Positions 1-12,100 of a DNA stretch of 64,000 bases are shown here, in pieces. The position numbers and the translations under genes were made by a program. Source of the stretch: Selaginella moellendorffii (taxonomy: Eukaryota > Plantae > Lycopodiophyta); NCBI RefSeq assembly GCF_000143415.4, contig NW_003314323.1, positions 872,499-936,498 of the forward strand, given 5' to 3'. The number at the start of each line of letters is the position of its first letter. The stretch's first letter is position 1. The notes beneath the pieces were generated by a model, which had not been told where the DNA came from, did no database searches, and worked only from the letters and a program-made list of their open reading frames with translations.

Positions 1-2154
1 AAATTTAATTCTTTATGCTCTATATTTTAATTTTAACATTCTAAAAAATCTGAAAGAAAATATTTCTTTATATTGTGTTTATATCAGTTTTGGACAAAAG
101 GAATTTAATTTCTAGAATATAAAATAATAGAAAATTATAGAAAAATATTTAAATTATTTTGGAGTAATTTTTTAAAGCACATAGGCAAAATTATTAGTAA
201 ATTTAGAAATGAATTTTCATTCGCCTTTTTTACTCTAAATAAAATAAATAAATATTTAATGGAATATGTATTTCTTTTAACTTATAAATAGATAATATAA
301 TTTGGATGTAAAGTGCAACTCTTTGTTTCTTTTATTCATTTTTTTGTTTTTGGTTTAACTCAAACATATTTTATAGAGTTTTAATTTATTTGTAATATTT
401 ATTTGAAATTTAAATTTTTTTAATTATAAATTAAGATTATTATAAAATATATAATTTAAATAGGGTATAATATGGCTTTATTCCTATATATTTTAAAGAG
501 TTTATATATGGGCATATTAATTTAAATTTTATATTTATTAAGAATGATAATTTAATTTAATTATCTATATTTAATATAAAAAGAGCTTAATAGGTATTTC
601 TGTACCTGAAGAATTTATTTCCTAACATATTAAGTTTAATAATATTTCTCATTAACCATTACAAATTAATATCCCGTAAAGCTTAAAACTAATTAAGTTT
701 TTGAATGTTATGACCATATATTTTTAAACTTAGAAAATTTAATTATTAAAGTAAATTTTCGTTAATTAACAGTTTCTATTTTAAACAATATGGGTTACAG
801 TTACAACTTTTAGAAAAACTTAAAAGCAATAGATATTTTTCTCTTTTTTAGTTTTTTTTACCTTCTCTAAAAAAATGAAAAGAGTAGATGGGAGGAAGGG
901 TTTAGGGAATCTAAAGTATTGACTTAACGAGCATAGTCAGGTAGAAAGGGGCTCCTAAAGCTCCTTCATCATTGCCCAGTAAAAAATGCTTTATAGTTAA
1001 TGGTTAATATAAAAGAAAGTGATTATTGTTTCAACATTGTCAAATTCTTCCTTTTATATTTATCAATGATTCTTCATTTACTCTAGGTACAACACAATAA
1101 GAACATGTAAAGAAAAAAAAAAAATTTCACAAAATGGCCTCTTCAACAACTAAGTGTTGTGTTATGCCTAAAAATGCCCTTCAACACATGTCACTTAAAG
1201 AGCCGCTCACTACTTCCCAATGTTAAACATTTAAACCATACAGTATTATCCAGAGTCACAATTAATTTTAGAGATGACTCATAACACCAAGACAAATGCC
1301 TTGAACTCACTTACTTGCATCACCAGGCTCATTCATGCACATGCTTATTGCCATGGCACTAGATCTAGAGGGAGAAGATACCCAAGCCACAAAAGCTAGA
1401 GCTCCAAAAATAAATTGCCATCATGTAAATTGTGTTCTGCACATATCTTAGGGTGCATCACCCACATCTATTGCCATGGTGCCATTCAACTCTAAAACTC
1501 ATCAATCTCCCAAACCGAGTATAGTTCTTCCTAACAATTTACAACCTTGCATTGGTGAAATTGTGGTTTGTGCTCTTGTCATGCTTGTAAGGCTATGTCC
1601 TATACTACTCTTGAAAAAGCACTCATTACTGCCTAATGCTAAACATTTAAACCATAGTTGACCACCTTACAATTAGAGTGCCAAAAAAAATATCTTGCAT
1701 TGCTATGGCTCATTTGTGCTTGGGCACCTTGCATTGCTAGGCTCATTCATGGCTGCTTGCTGCCAAGCTCATTCATGGCCATGCCTACTTCCATGGCACT
1801 AGACTGCAATCCTGTATACCACTAAGCAATGAAGCCCTAGAGAAATCTCTAATCAGGACATAGTGAAAGTCTTTGAGATGCTCATTGCTTCCCTACCATG
1901 ATATCATGGAGAGCAAGAAAACACCTAGTCTACAAAGCTAAATTGCATCACTACACTCTCTCACCAACCCCAATTATGGTGCTGCTTACATACCATGAGC
2001 ATGAAACCCTAGAATTGCATGTCAACACCCCCTCTTCCCTTCCTTGCCACATGTGCACATTGCCCATTGGCAGCCAAAACCTCTACCCAATTCTTCCTGA
2101 AAGCATGTCTTCCAAAGTTGCCCCATGCAATGGTTGTGAGAGGTTGGGCTCTTC

Positions 2155-2291
<137 letters not shown>

Positions 2292-3503
2292 TTTATGTCA
2301 AAAAAATTAAAAGACTGTTCTATAAACTTTATAACTTCATACTGTGCTTTACTCTAATACAATATGTGATTATAAATAGAAAATTTAATTAAAACATAAT
2401 TTTAATTCTTATACACTCCAATAGATTAGTAAGCTGTGCAGATAGGAAAATGACTAGTTGTATCCATATATATAAGGGATTTCTTTTTGTGGTTTGTATT
2501 GGTTTGGAAAATATACAATCATTTTGAGTATATTTTTCTTTATATAATTTCACTTACTACATTTATATATAAATTAAAAAACATATTATTACTTAACTTT
2601 AAGTATTTTATTCAAAAATCTCAAATAAAAACAAAATGATAATGAAAGAATAAAGTGAAAAAAGAAAAATATAAATAATGATATAAATATAATTATATGA
2701 CTAAGTTTTAATATATATTAAAAAATTTAACTAGATATAATTATAAGCAACTAATTTTTCTATCCTACTTTATTCATTTAACCACACCTTTGATCACTTG
2801 AAAGAGTCTCACTCACAATCTTCATAAGTCCTCTTCTAGATTTGAAGACTTGCTAGCTTTGTGAATGGCCTTTAGACCACTTTACTTTTGCACTTAGTCC
2901 AAGTGTTCTATATGTCCAATTTCATAATAAACACCCAAAGGTACTATTGACATATCAACATATTATGCTAAAGTCGTATTCATTCATCTTTATCTTATTA
3001 ATAGTCTAAAACCACCTGTACCATAGTCTCATCTCCCAAAACTGGGGCATAGATATCCATGAATGGTCATTCTATGACTGCATCTTACGATCCTTAGGAT
3101 GCCTAGGGACATGGGGAACACCCTTCCCTAATACCCTTTCTTCAATCCCTATTAAGTCCCTCTTCGTTCATACTTGTGCTCGCCAATATTGCCACTAGGT
3201 TAGGGCTTAACTACTAAATCCTATTGACCTTTGGGATTTTTTCATCACGTGACTGTCCTTGGTCACTATACAAAAGGACTATTTCTCTTCTTTTTCACAG
3301 TTTAGGATTTTGGGATGATATTTCGAAACACCACAGCCCAATGCAAGCCTCATAAATACTCCTTCCACCTTCTCCCTCTAAGTGTCCTAGCCATATGGCT
3401 AGAGTGAAGTTCTAGTGAGCCACACTAAGTGTCCAAATAGGTAATGCCACCTATACTTGGATTGGAAGCATTAACCCTTCAAACTCTTGGGGGAGTTAGC
3501 TTT

Positions 3504-3730
3504 TGTTAGGTGCCAGCTTTGACTATATGGTCAACGTTGGTCAAAGGGAAGCTCAAGGGTATATCAAGGCATGTTAGGGTAAGGGACTTAACTTACCCTA
3601 GGGCTCATAGTGGAGCAATGGTGCAATGGAGGTAGCTTAGAGGTGGTTGGGTGGTGAGGAACCTCAAGAGGAGGCATAGCGTAATCTAGGGCAACAAGCT
3701 CTTTGTCCTTTTTTGCGCCAGTTCATAACA
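3504..3730 (+). repeat. 5' LTR of old gypsy element
   Basis: TG...CA termini, alignable to 7278-7510, followed by a PBS. Confidence 0.88.
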
Positions 3731-6700
3731 TTGGTATTAGAGGAGTTGGTTGTGATGGTCAACCAAGTTGAATGTTGGAATCCTATTGTCGATGGTGGTG
3801 CCGATGATGGTGCCGACGGAGTTGTGGAGATTTGGACCATTCAAGTTGTGGTTCATGAGTTGCGAGCCCTTAATCGAAATCAGCAAGAGATGCAAGACGA
3901 AATGCATGGCATGATGGATACCATATATGGGCGAGTTGAGGCACTTGAGGTTGGACGTGTTAGTGCTCCAAGTAACCCATATTTGGTAGATCGACTCAAA
4001 ATTCCAACCTTTTTTGGTGACGGTGGTGTGGACGAGTGTCTCGTTTGGCTAGCTAATGTGAAGAAATTCTTGTCTGCTAGGGGAACTCTAAATGCAAAAG
4101 CTTTAGTGGCTATTCCAATGGTTTTGCGTGATGTAGGTTTATAGTGGTGAAATTGGCTTGAGGAGTTTTGTGTTGCGGATAAGAAATTATTAGTGTCTAC
4201 CATGGATGAGTTTGAGGTTACTTTCTGATTACATTTTGCCCCCTCACTACGATGTGGAAAATGCTTGTACAGAACTTTGACATTTCCAGCAAGGGAAAAT
4301 GACGCTCAGGAACTATATTGAGAAGTTTACTCGCTTGATTAACTGTGTTCTAATAAAGGATCCAGATTAGAACAAATCATACTTCATTGATGGCCTTCAT
4401 AGTGAGAGTATGCGGCAACACTTGCATCATTCTCAGCATACAAAGAGTTTGGAAGAGCTCTTTGATGCGGCTCGTTGACTTGACAATGACAAGCACAAGT
4501 CTTGCAAGCGTTTGCGGAGTCCTTCTGTCGAAAATCATCATGATAATCACTATGGACACAAAGATGGGAACAAATACCACAAGTTGAAGTCTGTGGTAAC
4601 TACTTCAGATGCAAAGGGGTCAAAGAAGCAAAAGTTCTTTATAAAGAATTATAGACAAGGCTGTCATCATTGCGGCGAGCTTGGACACTACAAGGTTGAT
4701 TGTCCACAGCTGAAGAACAAGTAGTAGAGCAAGAAGAATGGCCAATCTTTTACTGACGGTAAGTCAGATACTAAAAAGTTGCAAACTTTGCAGTGTAAAG
4801 ATGACAGGGACGACCATTCCGGTCGGAGGAAGAGGTTTTTGATTGTTGCTCATCAATTCAATTGTGTGTGGAACAAGATGAAGCTTGAGGATACTCGTGA
4901 ATCAGCTTTAATGCTGGAGGCATGTTCCGTGGTGGTCCAATGTGGATTTTACTAGATAGTGGGAGTGATGACAACTTTGTTTCGGCAAAGTTTGTTGCGG
5001 AGCATAGCCTGGTCACATGTGGAGTTCCTCCATACACGGTGGAAGGTGCAGCTACCTCTGCTCAACATATCAATGCTTGTGTAGAAGGGTTGAAAGTGTT
5101 GGTTGACAAGACCACACTTGTGGAGATTTTTTATCTTGCGGATATCCATCGTATGGATCTCATTCTTGGGATGTCATGGTTGGTGAAGGTGGATCCGGAG
5201 ATCAAGTGGAGCATTAATCGTGTTTTGTTAGAATATGGTGGTGTTAAAGATGTGTGGTTTGAAGAGGGAGTTCAACCTTTAATTGTTACACTCTCCACTA
5301 CATCTTTGAAGTGAGCTTGTCATAATGAAAAATCACTTTCAACTTACTTATTGTTTGTTTATGACTTGGGGGACCAAGACACGTGTGGGGGAGAAGCAGT
5401 AGTATGGGATGTACTTAATGAGCTTTCTAATATTTTTTCATTTGAACTTCCTCATGGGTTGCCTCCATTATGAGATGTGGAGCATGGGATTATATTGGAG
5501 CTGGAGACGCGGCCAATTTACTGGCATCCATTTCAGTTAAGTTATGTAGAGGAGTAAGAAGTTCAACGACACGTCAAGGAGTTACTTGAGTTAGGATTTA
5601 TTCAGCCAAGTAAGTCTCTATTTGGTGTTCTGGTCTTGCTTGTGAGGAAGAAGGACAGTTCAATGCAGATATGTATTGACTACCGTGCCTTGAACAAAAA
5701 GACAGTGAAGGATAAGATGCTGATGCCGCATGTGGATGATATCTTAGACAAGCTTGGTGAATCACGAATGTTTACCAAGATTGATATGAGGAGTGGATAT
5801 CATCAGATTGCAAACCAAGTAAATGTGACTAGTGCATTCGTCAAACCAAATGGCATAACTATAAACTCAAAATGTCTGAAGCTTGTGCTGAATGTTGTTT
5901 TGGAGATAAATGCATTAGAGGTATTTGGGTGTTATCTTCATGAGTTTGTGGAGATTTTCTTGGACAATATTCTTTTTTCAGCAAGAATATGGGAGTTTGG
6001 TGGATGGGATTCTCTACTACAATAGCCGTGTCTATTTGCCACAGGTGGATGCATTAATTACTCAAGTTTTATCCACTATCATAATCGTCTGGAGGCCAGT
6101 CATTTTGGGGGGAAGAAGATGTATGAGTTGATTAAGCACAATTTTTATTGGAGGAATATAAAGATTAATATCTTCGAGTATTGTAAATCATGTGAGCTTT
6201 GTTAGTGGGTTAAGGTGCCATGGGAGAAGTTGGGGGGACTTTTGCAACTTTTACCTATTCCTCAAAGCCATTAGTGTAGTATCTTTATGGACTTCATCAC
6301 TTGTTTGCCACAAATACAGAGGCAAAAGGAGTAAGTATGGGTCATAATGGATCGGTTGATGAAGTATATGTGGTTCTTGGCTCTTTGGAAGATTATCATT
6401 GCCTCAGACTTGGCTGTGGTCTACTTGGAGAAGGTTTTTCCAGATTTTGGTTTGCTGGAGGACATCATTAGTGATCTAGATTCAAAGTTCAAAAGTGGAT
6501 TTTGGAAGAGCTTTATGAATGTTATACATGTGACTTTGAAACTCTCAAGTGGTGATCATCCTCAGATGGATGGGCAAACTGAGTGTGTGAATCAGGTGGT
6601 GGAAGATATGTTACGTTGTAGCATTGGTCAAAGGCAAGGACAATGGGATCTTTATCTTCCGTTAATGCAATTTACTTACAACAATAGCCAACACAGTGGA

Positions 6701-7277
6701 ATCAAGCTAAATCCTTACCATGCCATGTTTGGAAAACATTGCCAAACAATGGTGAAGTTGGGATTGCATTTTAGTAAGGATGTTCAAGATAAGCTTGATT
6801 CTGAGGCAATTGATTTGGCTATAGAACTTGATGAGATTCTGGTGGTGTGCAAATGGAATTTGCAGGTAGCTAAGAATAAAGTGGAAAAGTTTGCTAATGA
6901 GCATCACCAATTCCGGGAATATAAGGTGGGTGATCTTGTCTTTGTGTGAGTGATCTTTCTGTCAAATGAGTGGCAGAACACCTTGGTGCCTTTACAGACA
7001 AGGAAGAGTGACAAACTTTCCCATCGATATGCTGGTTCATATAAAGTGCTGGAGCATATTGGTAAAGTGGCTTATCAGGTGCAGATGCCAGCTAGGGTGA
7101 AAATTCATCTAGTATTTTATGTCAACCAGTTGAAAGGTATATTATCTCGGAGTGACGGGCTTAATGCCTCCTTGATGTATACAGCTGTGGAAGATGGACC
7201 AAGAGCTTGAGCAAAGTTCCCTAGAAACCAGTACAACTCGTCCTTAGGACAAGGACTTTATTGGGGGGGGGAAGAAT

Positions 7278-7510
7278 TGTTAGGCACTAACTTTGACCAT
7301 GAAGTCAACATTGGTCAAAGGGAGGCTCAAGGGTATATCAAGGCATGTTAGAGTAAGGGACTTAACTTACCCTAGGGCTCACAACGGAGAGGCGGCGTAT
7401 TGGCTTTTGAGGTAGCTCGGGGGTGGTTGGGTGGTGAGGAATCTCAAGAGGAGGTGTAACATAATCTAGGGCAACTAGCTTTTTGTCTTTTCTTGTGCCG
7501 GTTAATAACA
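7278..7510 (+). repeat. 3' LTR of old gypsy element (itself followed by a PBS-like site)
   Basis: Preceded by a PPT, alignable to 3504-3730, followed by TGGTATTGGAGCC at 7512-7524. Confidence 0.88.
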
Positions 7511-8039
7511 TTGGTATTGGAGCCCTATTCGATTCTCATGGTTGACAAGTGGGGTAAGAATATTTTGAAGGAATATCCAATATGGTGGATCTAAAGAGAG
7601 AACCAAAGTTTGGTAGACCCTAAGAGAAGGACCATGGTGACTAGAGGGTAGCCTAAATATGATCATGGACAATCATTCCCTAACAAGGGGAGGATTATGA
7701 GGCACTAAGTTAGGATAATAGGATAAAGAAAGGGCCTTGCAATCAAGTGATCACCCCTTTAGTCAGTTGGCTTAGGGTGTAAGGGATAGGATCTTAATAG
7801 CTTTTGAACACTTCACCAAATTATCCCACTTATTAATTCATATTCATGATAGTCTTGAATTCCTCAATAGTTATATCATCACCCCCTATGTAATGTAGCC
7901 TTTCTTGACCAAAGTAGTTTCACTGGAGTCCAACCCCCACACTTTCTTTACTATACTTTTGGAAATCCCTCCCCACCTGCTCCCGGGGGACAATTGCTTT
8001 GGGTTTTCACCCCATGACTTGTATTAGTATTTAGACTTG

Positions 8040-9170
8040 TGTCGCGCATGTGACTTCAGGTATCGAAAGTTACCTGTTGGCTAGTCCTTACGGACACTCT
8101 TACCTTACTACCATGATGGCAGGAGGTCGGTATTGCTGGGCCCATTATCAGTCTCCGCCTAAGCTAGTTGAGAAACTGGTCTTCGCGTGTGCACTTGACC
8201 AAATGAGCATAAGGAAGGAATTCCTAAGTGTCTATTTAGTCAAACATACTTGACCTGGTTAGAGAAACTCATTCGTTGATTTGCACTTGCTAGTGTTGGG
8301 AACCCCCGCAATATTGAGATTGGTCCCTCAATATTGCTAGATGATAGCTTACCGTGTTTGCCAAACACCCTCGCTATCATGCCCTTTGTGTTGGTCTCAT
8401 TTCGGTCCCAAATGCTATTTATGGAAAGTGTCCAGATTTGCTCGTTTGGCATATCTTCGGAATGTAGAGATTGTCCTGAACACAATGGTGTTCGTCCCGT
8501 GCCCAAATTCGCACTCTAGGGACATTCCATATTTAGTAAGTTTCGAGCTTGTCCCAGAGACTAACTCCTGATACTAAAGGAGGCTTGGGGTGAAAGCCCA
8601 AAGCGTGTGTTCCTCAAGGGGGGGGGGCTGTGGGGGGTTCCAAATGTATAATAGGGATAGTGGGTAGGTTGGGCATGGCCGACCAACCTAAGGCATAGTC
8701 TAGCTCCCGCTTGCGTGCCTGTCCTTGTTCTGCGTCCGGCTTGGGTCTAAGCCCAAGTTCCATTCCATGCTAGTTGGTGGAGTACCCATATCCTCACGTT
8801 AGGCCACCGGTATGCCGAAATAGCGCCAGACTCCGTTTGGCTCCGTTTTGTGTGCTGGTCCTGGCATTGGGATGCTGGTTGCTCCAGGACTGTTCCAAGT
8901 CGCTCCGGGCTCCTGTCCCTACGCTCCTTGGGCTTTATGCTCGGGAGTTGCTCCGTGGTTCGGTTCTGTCACTCCTCGGCTCCATGCTTGGGAGTTTGGC
9001 ACCGTTCCTTCGTTCAGTGGCCCAAGGCCCTGAACCTCGGGTTCCTGTGGACACGTGGCATGGACACGTGGCATCTGTCACGTGGCACAAAGAGGGTTTA
9101 GGTTCCGCTTCGTGGTGTTATCCTATGGTAAATCACCATAGGATAAAGGGTCAAAACCACGTGCGCTACA
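8040..9170 (+). repeat. 5' LTR (1131 bp)
   Basis: Direct repeat of 14159-15277; TSD on the left, PBS on the right. Confidence 0.97.
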
Positions 9171-12100
9171 TTTGGTATCAGAGGATGAGTCTCAGCGAGT
9201 ACTATACAATGAGATTGGGCAACTAGTCTTGTTGCATACGCAGAGATGAAAACGATGATCCGAGTGGGTACACGTTTGGGTGCAAAGACTTCGCAAACGT
9301 TCCTTGGGTATGGTTTTGATTACCTTTTGTACCTAATAATGTGAGCTTGCTCTTGGGCTCATAGGATGGATTTGAGATGCTTCGTTAGCACAAGTTTACA
9401 CTTGGGCTCGTGTGTGAGGCACATTAGCAACTCGAGGTTACACTTTGAGTTGGCAGGATTAATGTTAGCCTATCGGTGGTTCCATAAATTGTTCCATGTA
9501 CCGTGGGTGAAAGCAAACCTCCTTGGGTTTGCTATGAGTGGCAAATAGGCTGGTCCGTAGCTGTTTAGCACGGCACTAGTAGATCCTTCCTAGGCATGAT
9601 TACAAGTGGATCAATAAAGACTATAGGGATTAGTCTATTGGTTCAAGTAATCATTGCCGTGCTCTCTTATAAACTTTTCTTGGATTGGACTGAAGGTAGT
9701 GCGAACGCAAGCTTGAAGTGTAGTCAAAGATGAGACCGAAAAGAGAGTTGTCGGGGACGAAGGATCAAACACATAAATCATCTTCTCTTTTGGAGAGATG
9801 GTTTGCAACGAGGGGTGATTCATTGCTCGTGTTCACATCATGCAATCAAAAGCCCCTACCTTGATGCATGTTGGAAATGATGGTCTTGTAAATGGTGAGT
9901 CATGGGATGGATAACGGTGAAGCGCTAAACCATTTTGTCTAGGCTTGCTATTGGAAGACTTGGGTTACAATGCTCAATTCTTTTCCGGGGAACCTAACTA
10001 TTGCTCCTGGAGTAGCTTGGTGTTGGGTTAAGTTTTGAGTTTGATCGGATAGTGAGTGGCATGAGCTTGTCTGTGTTGTGAACAAAAGTTAGTGGTGTTG
10101 GGTGTTGTAAATCTCTATCGGTAGAGTGTGGCATTTATGTTGCATTCTGTCAAGTTGAGTTGGCACTTGATATTCATGTAAACCTTTGAAGTAATGACAT
10201 TGGCATTGTTCGTGGTGTTGCTCAATTGATGATCAAATCATTGTGATACTTATATCATATCTATGTGATAATGAGCAATGTGTTTACGAAGTTGCCTGGT
10301 TAAATGATGATCAACCCCAAAGTGGTTGATGGTGAAGCTAGTCTACTTGCATAAAGTAGCATTGTAGTAGCTTTGACTGGATTCTCGTTGGTGGTCCATT
10401 ATGCTAAGCTTAAGTTGGTTCCTTGTTTCCTTGAGTTTGCCCACTAAGGTGTTGGAAAAGGGTTGTAGCATTTAGTTGCTATAGCTCATTAATTGATCCG
10501 TTAACACTTAGAGTAGATTGTTGGATGGAGAAGATGTGTAGTTGGGGCATTGACATCATTAGCACTTGTGTTAGTGGAAGTGGTATTGTTACTTCGAGTG
10601 ATAAGGAATTTTCCTTAGAGCTTGATTTTTCATGTTATTTTTCTTGTTAGTGTTTTAGCTTCACATTGGATCTTGAAGGTAATTGAAGAAAAGTGTTAGT
10701 GCAATGTGAATATCCGAAGATGTGGTCTTCGTGATCAAGCTTTAGATGTTCATTTTGCATTTTGCGGATGTCGGAGTTGGATGTCGAAAGTATGGGCAAA
10801 AAGATGTTCGAGGCTTAAGCATACTATGGGTCATGAGAATTTGTGTTGAGGTGAACCTATGTGAAGTTGTTAGTAGAAAGAAGTTGGTTGAGTCTTGAAA
10901 GTTTGTATCCCTGGACTGAGAGTCATTCTTTCTCTAGGATGGAAATTTTCCACAAAATTTTCTTAGACTTTTCCAATGGCTGATCTGTTGATCACTTTGC
11001 CGAAAACCATTCCATTTTCGTAAGCCAATACAAACTAGTGAAGGGGTTGGAGTTGACTTCGGTTGGCTTAAACCTTGGTAGGTAGTTTGTATGATGTGAC
11101 CCAGAAGGGATGTTAACTTTTAGGGCTAAGGCAATTGAGTTGGATAGAGTCTGGAGTTAGTGTAGAAAAGTGGCCGTTGCACTTTTCCAGAAAGGTGACC
11201 CTTGTGCCTTTCTTTTGTGGCGTTATGCTTGGTGGCAAGTTGCACTTTGCATTTTGTTAGACTCTATGAGAGTAGTGAGCTCTCACTGATCTTGACTTGG
11301 TCTTGGTGGCCCTGCACCTTGGCTGAGGATGGTGATGTTCAACTTAGTTGTTTGAGTTTGAGATGTTGGTACCCGTACTGTAGTTTTGTCTATGAGGAGG
11401 TTGTGTACCGATATGGATCCATCTCATGGTCTTCACTTTAGTTTCAGCTAAGTGTTAATCATGCATAGCTAGCCTCTTCAAGGCATGCTCAGAGCTATTG
11501 GCTAAATGCATTAGTGAGCTTATTGCAGTTGAGTTGGATTCGAGTGGTCATTTAGTTTGTGCTTGTCAATGAACTTTTATCTCATACCGAAGGTATCACG
11601 TTCATGTTGGACAAGTGTATGACTAAATGACGTGAGTTTAGTGTTTGGGTCTCATGAAAGCAAGTTGAAAAAAAGTAATGGTTAGTTGCTTGGCAACTAG
11701 TGATTGCTTGTAGACTTTGTCAAGGACTGTTGACACTTGCTTCACTCGATGAAGATTTATCAGTGATGGGCTGGCTTTACCGAATGGGGTTGCGGAGGAT
11801 CGTGTCGTTAGACTTACATGGGTTTTCCATGTTGGCATGTCGACTCTACCTCTGTTGATATCATTTGGTTGCATTTAGTTTGTGGTGTTGGATTTCATGG
11901 AGTCTTGGATGTGGAGATTCACTCCTTGAGGAAGTGTTATCTGTGACTGAGTATTGTTGAGAGATTGGTCTCGGATACTAAGTAAAGTATCTCTGACTTT
12001 GGTGAGCTTGGTTGCTAGAGAGCTTTGGGTGGTGATACACTCGTGCTTTCTTCTAGCTTTGTTCTAGTGTTGGTAGCACTAAAGTGATGCCTTGTCGTTG

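Larger units (their letters stand above)
3504..7510 (+). mobile_element. Degenerate, internally deleted Ty3/gypsy LTR retrotransposon
   Basis: Diverged direct LTRs 3504-3730 and 7278-7510 (TGTTAGG...ATAACA). PBS TGGTATTAGAGG at 3732-3743 and poly-G PPT at 7263-7276. Broken ORFs in gypsy order: gag (LKIPTFFG; CCHC knuckle CHHCGELGHYKVDC in 4512-4724), protease (LLDSGSDDNFVS), N-terminal RT (CIDYRALN, FTKIDMRSGYHQI), integrase (HPQMDGQTE, YNNSQHS, AGSYKVLE). Many stops and frameshifts; most of RT/RNase H is missing. No TSD seen. Confidence 0.93.

Noticed and set aside
8050-9226. Duplicated ORFs (also at 14359-15208) as genes
   Set aside because: They lie inside the LTRs, show no recognisable domain and differ by indels between copies.
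9685-9700. TTGGACTGAAGG resembling the miR319/159 5' half
   Set aside because: Only 12 nt match, no star arm or hairpin seen, and it lies inside the retroelement core.
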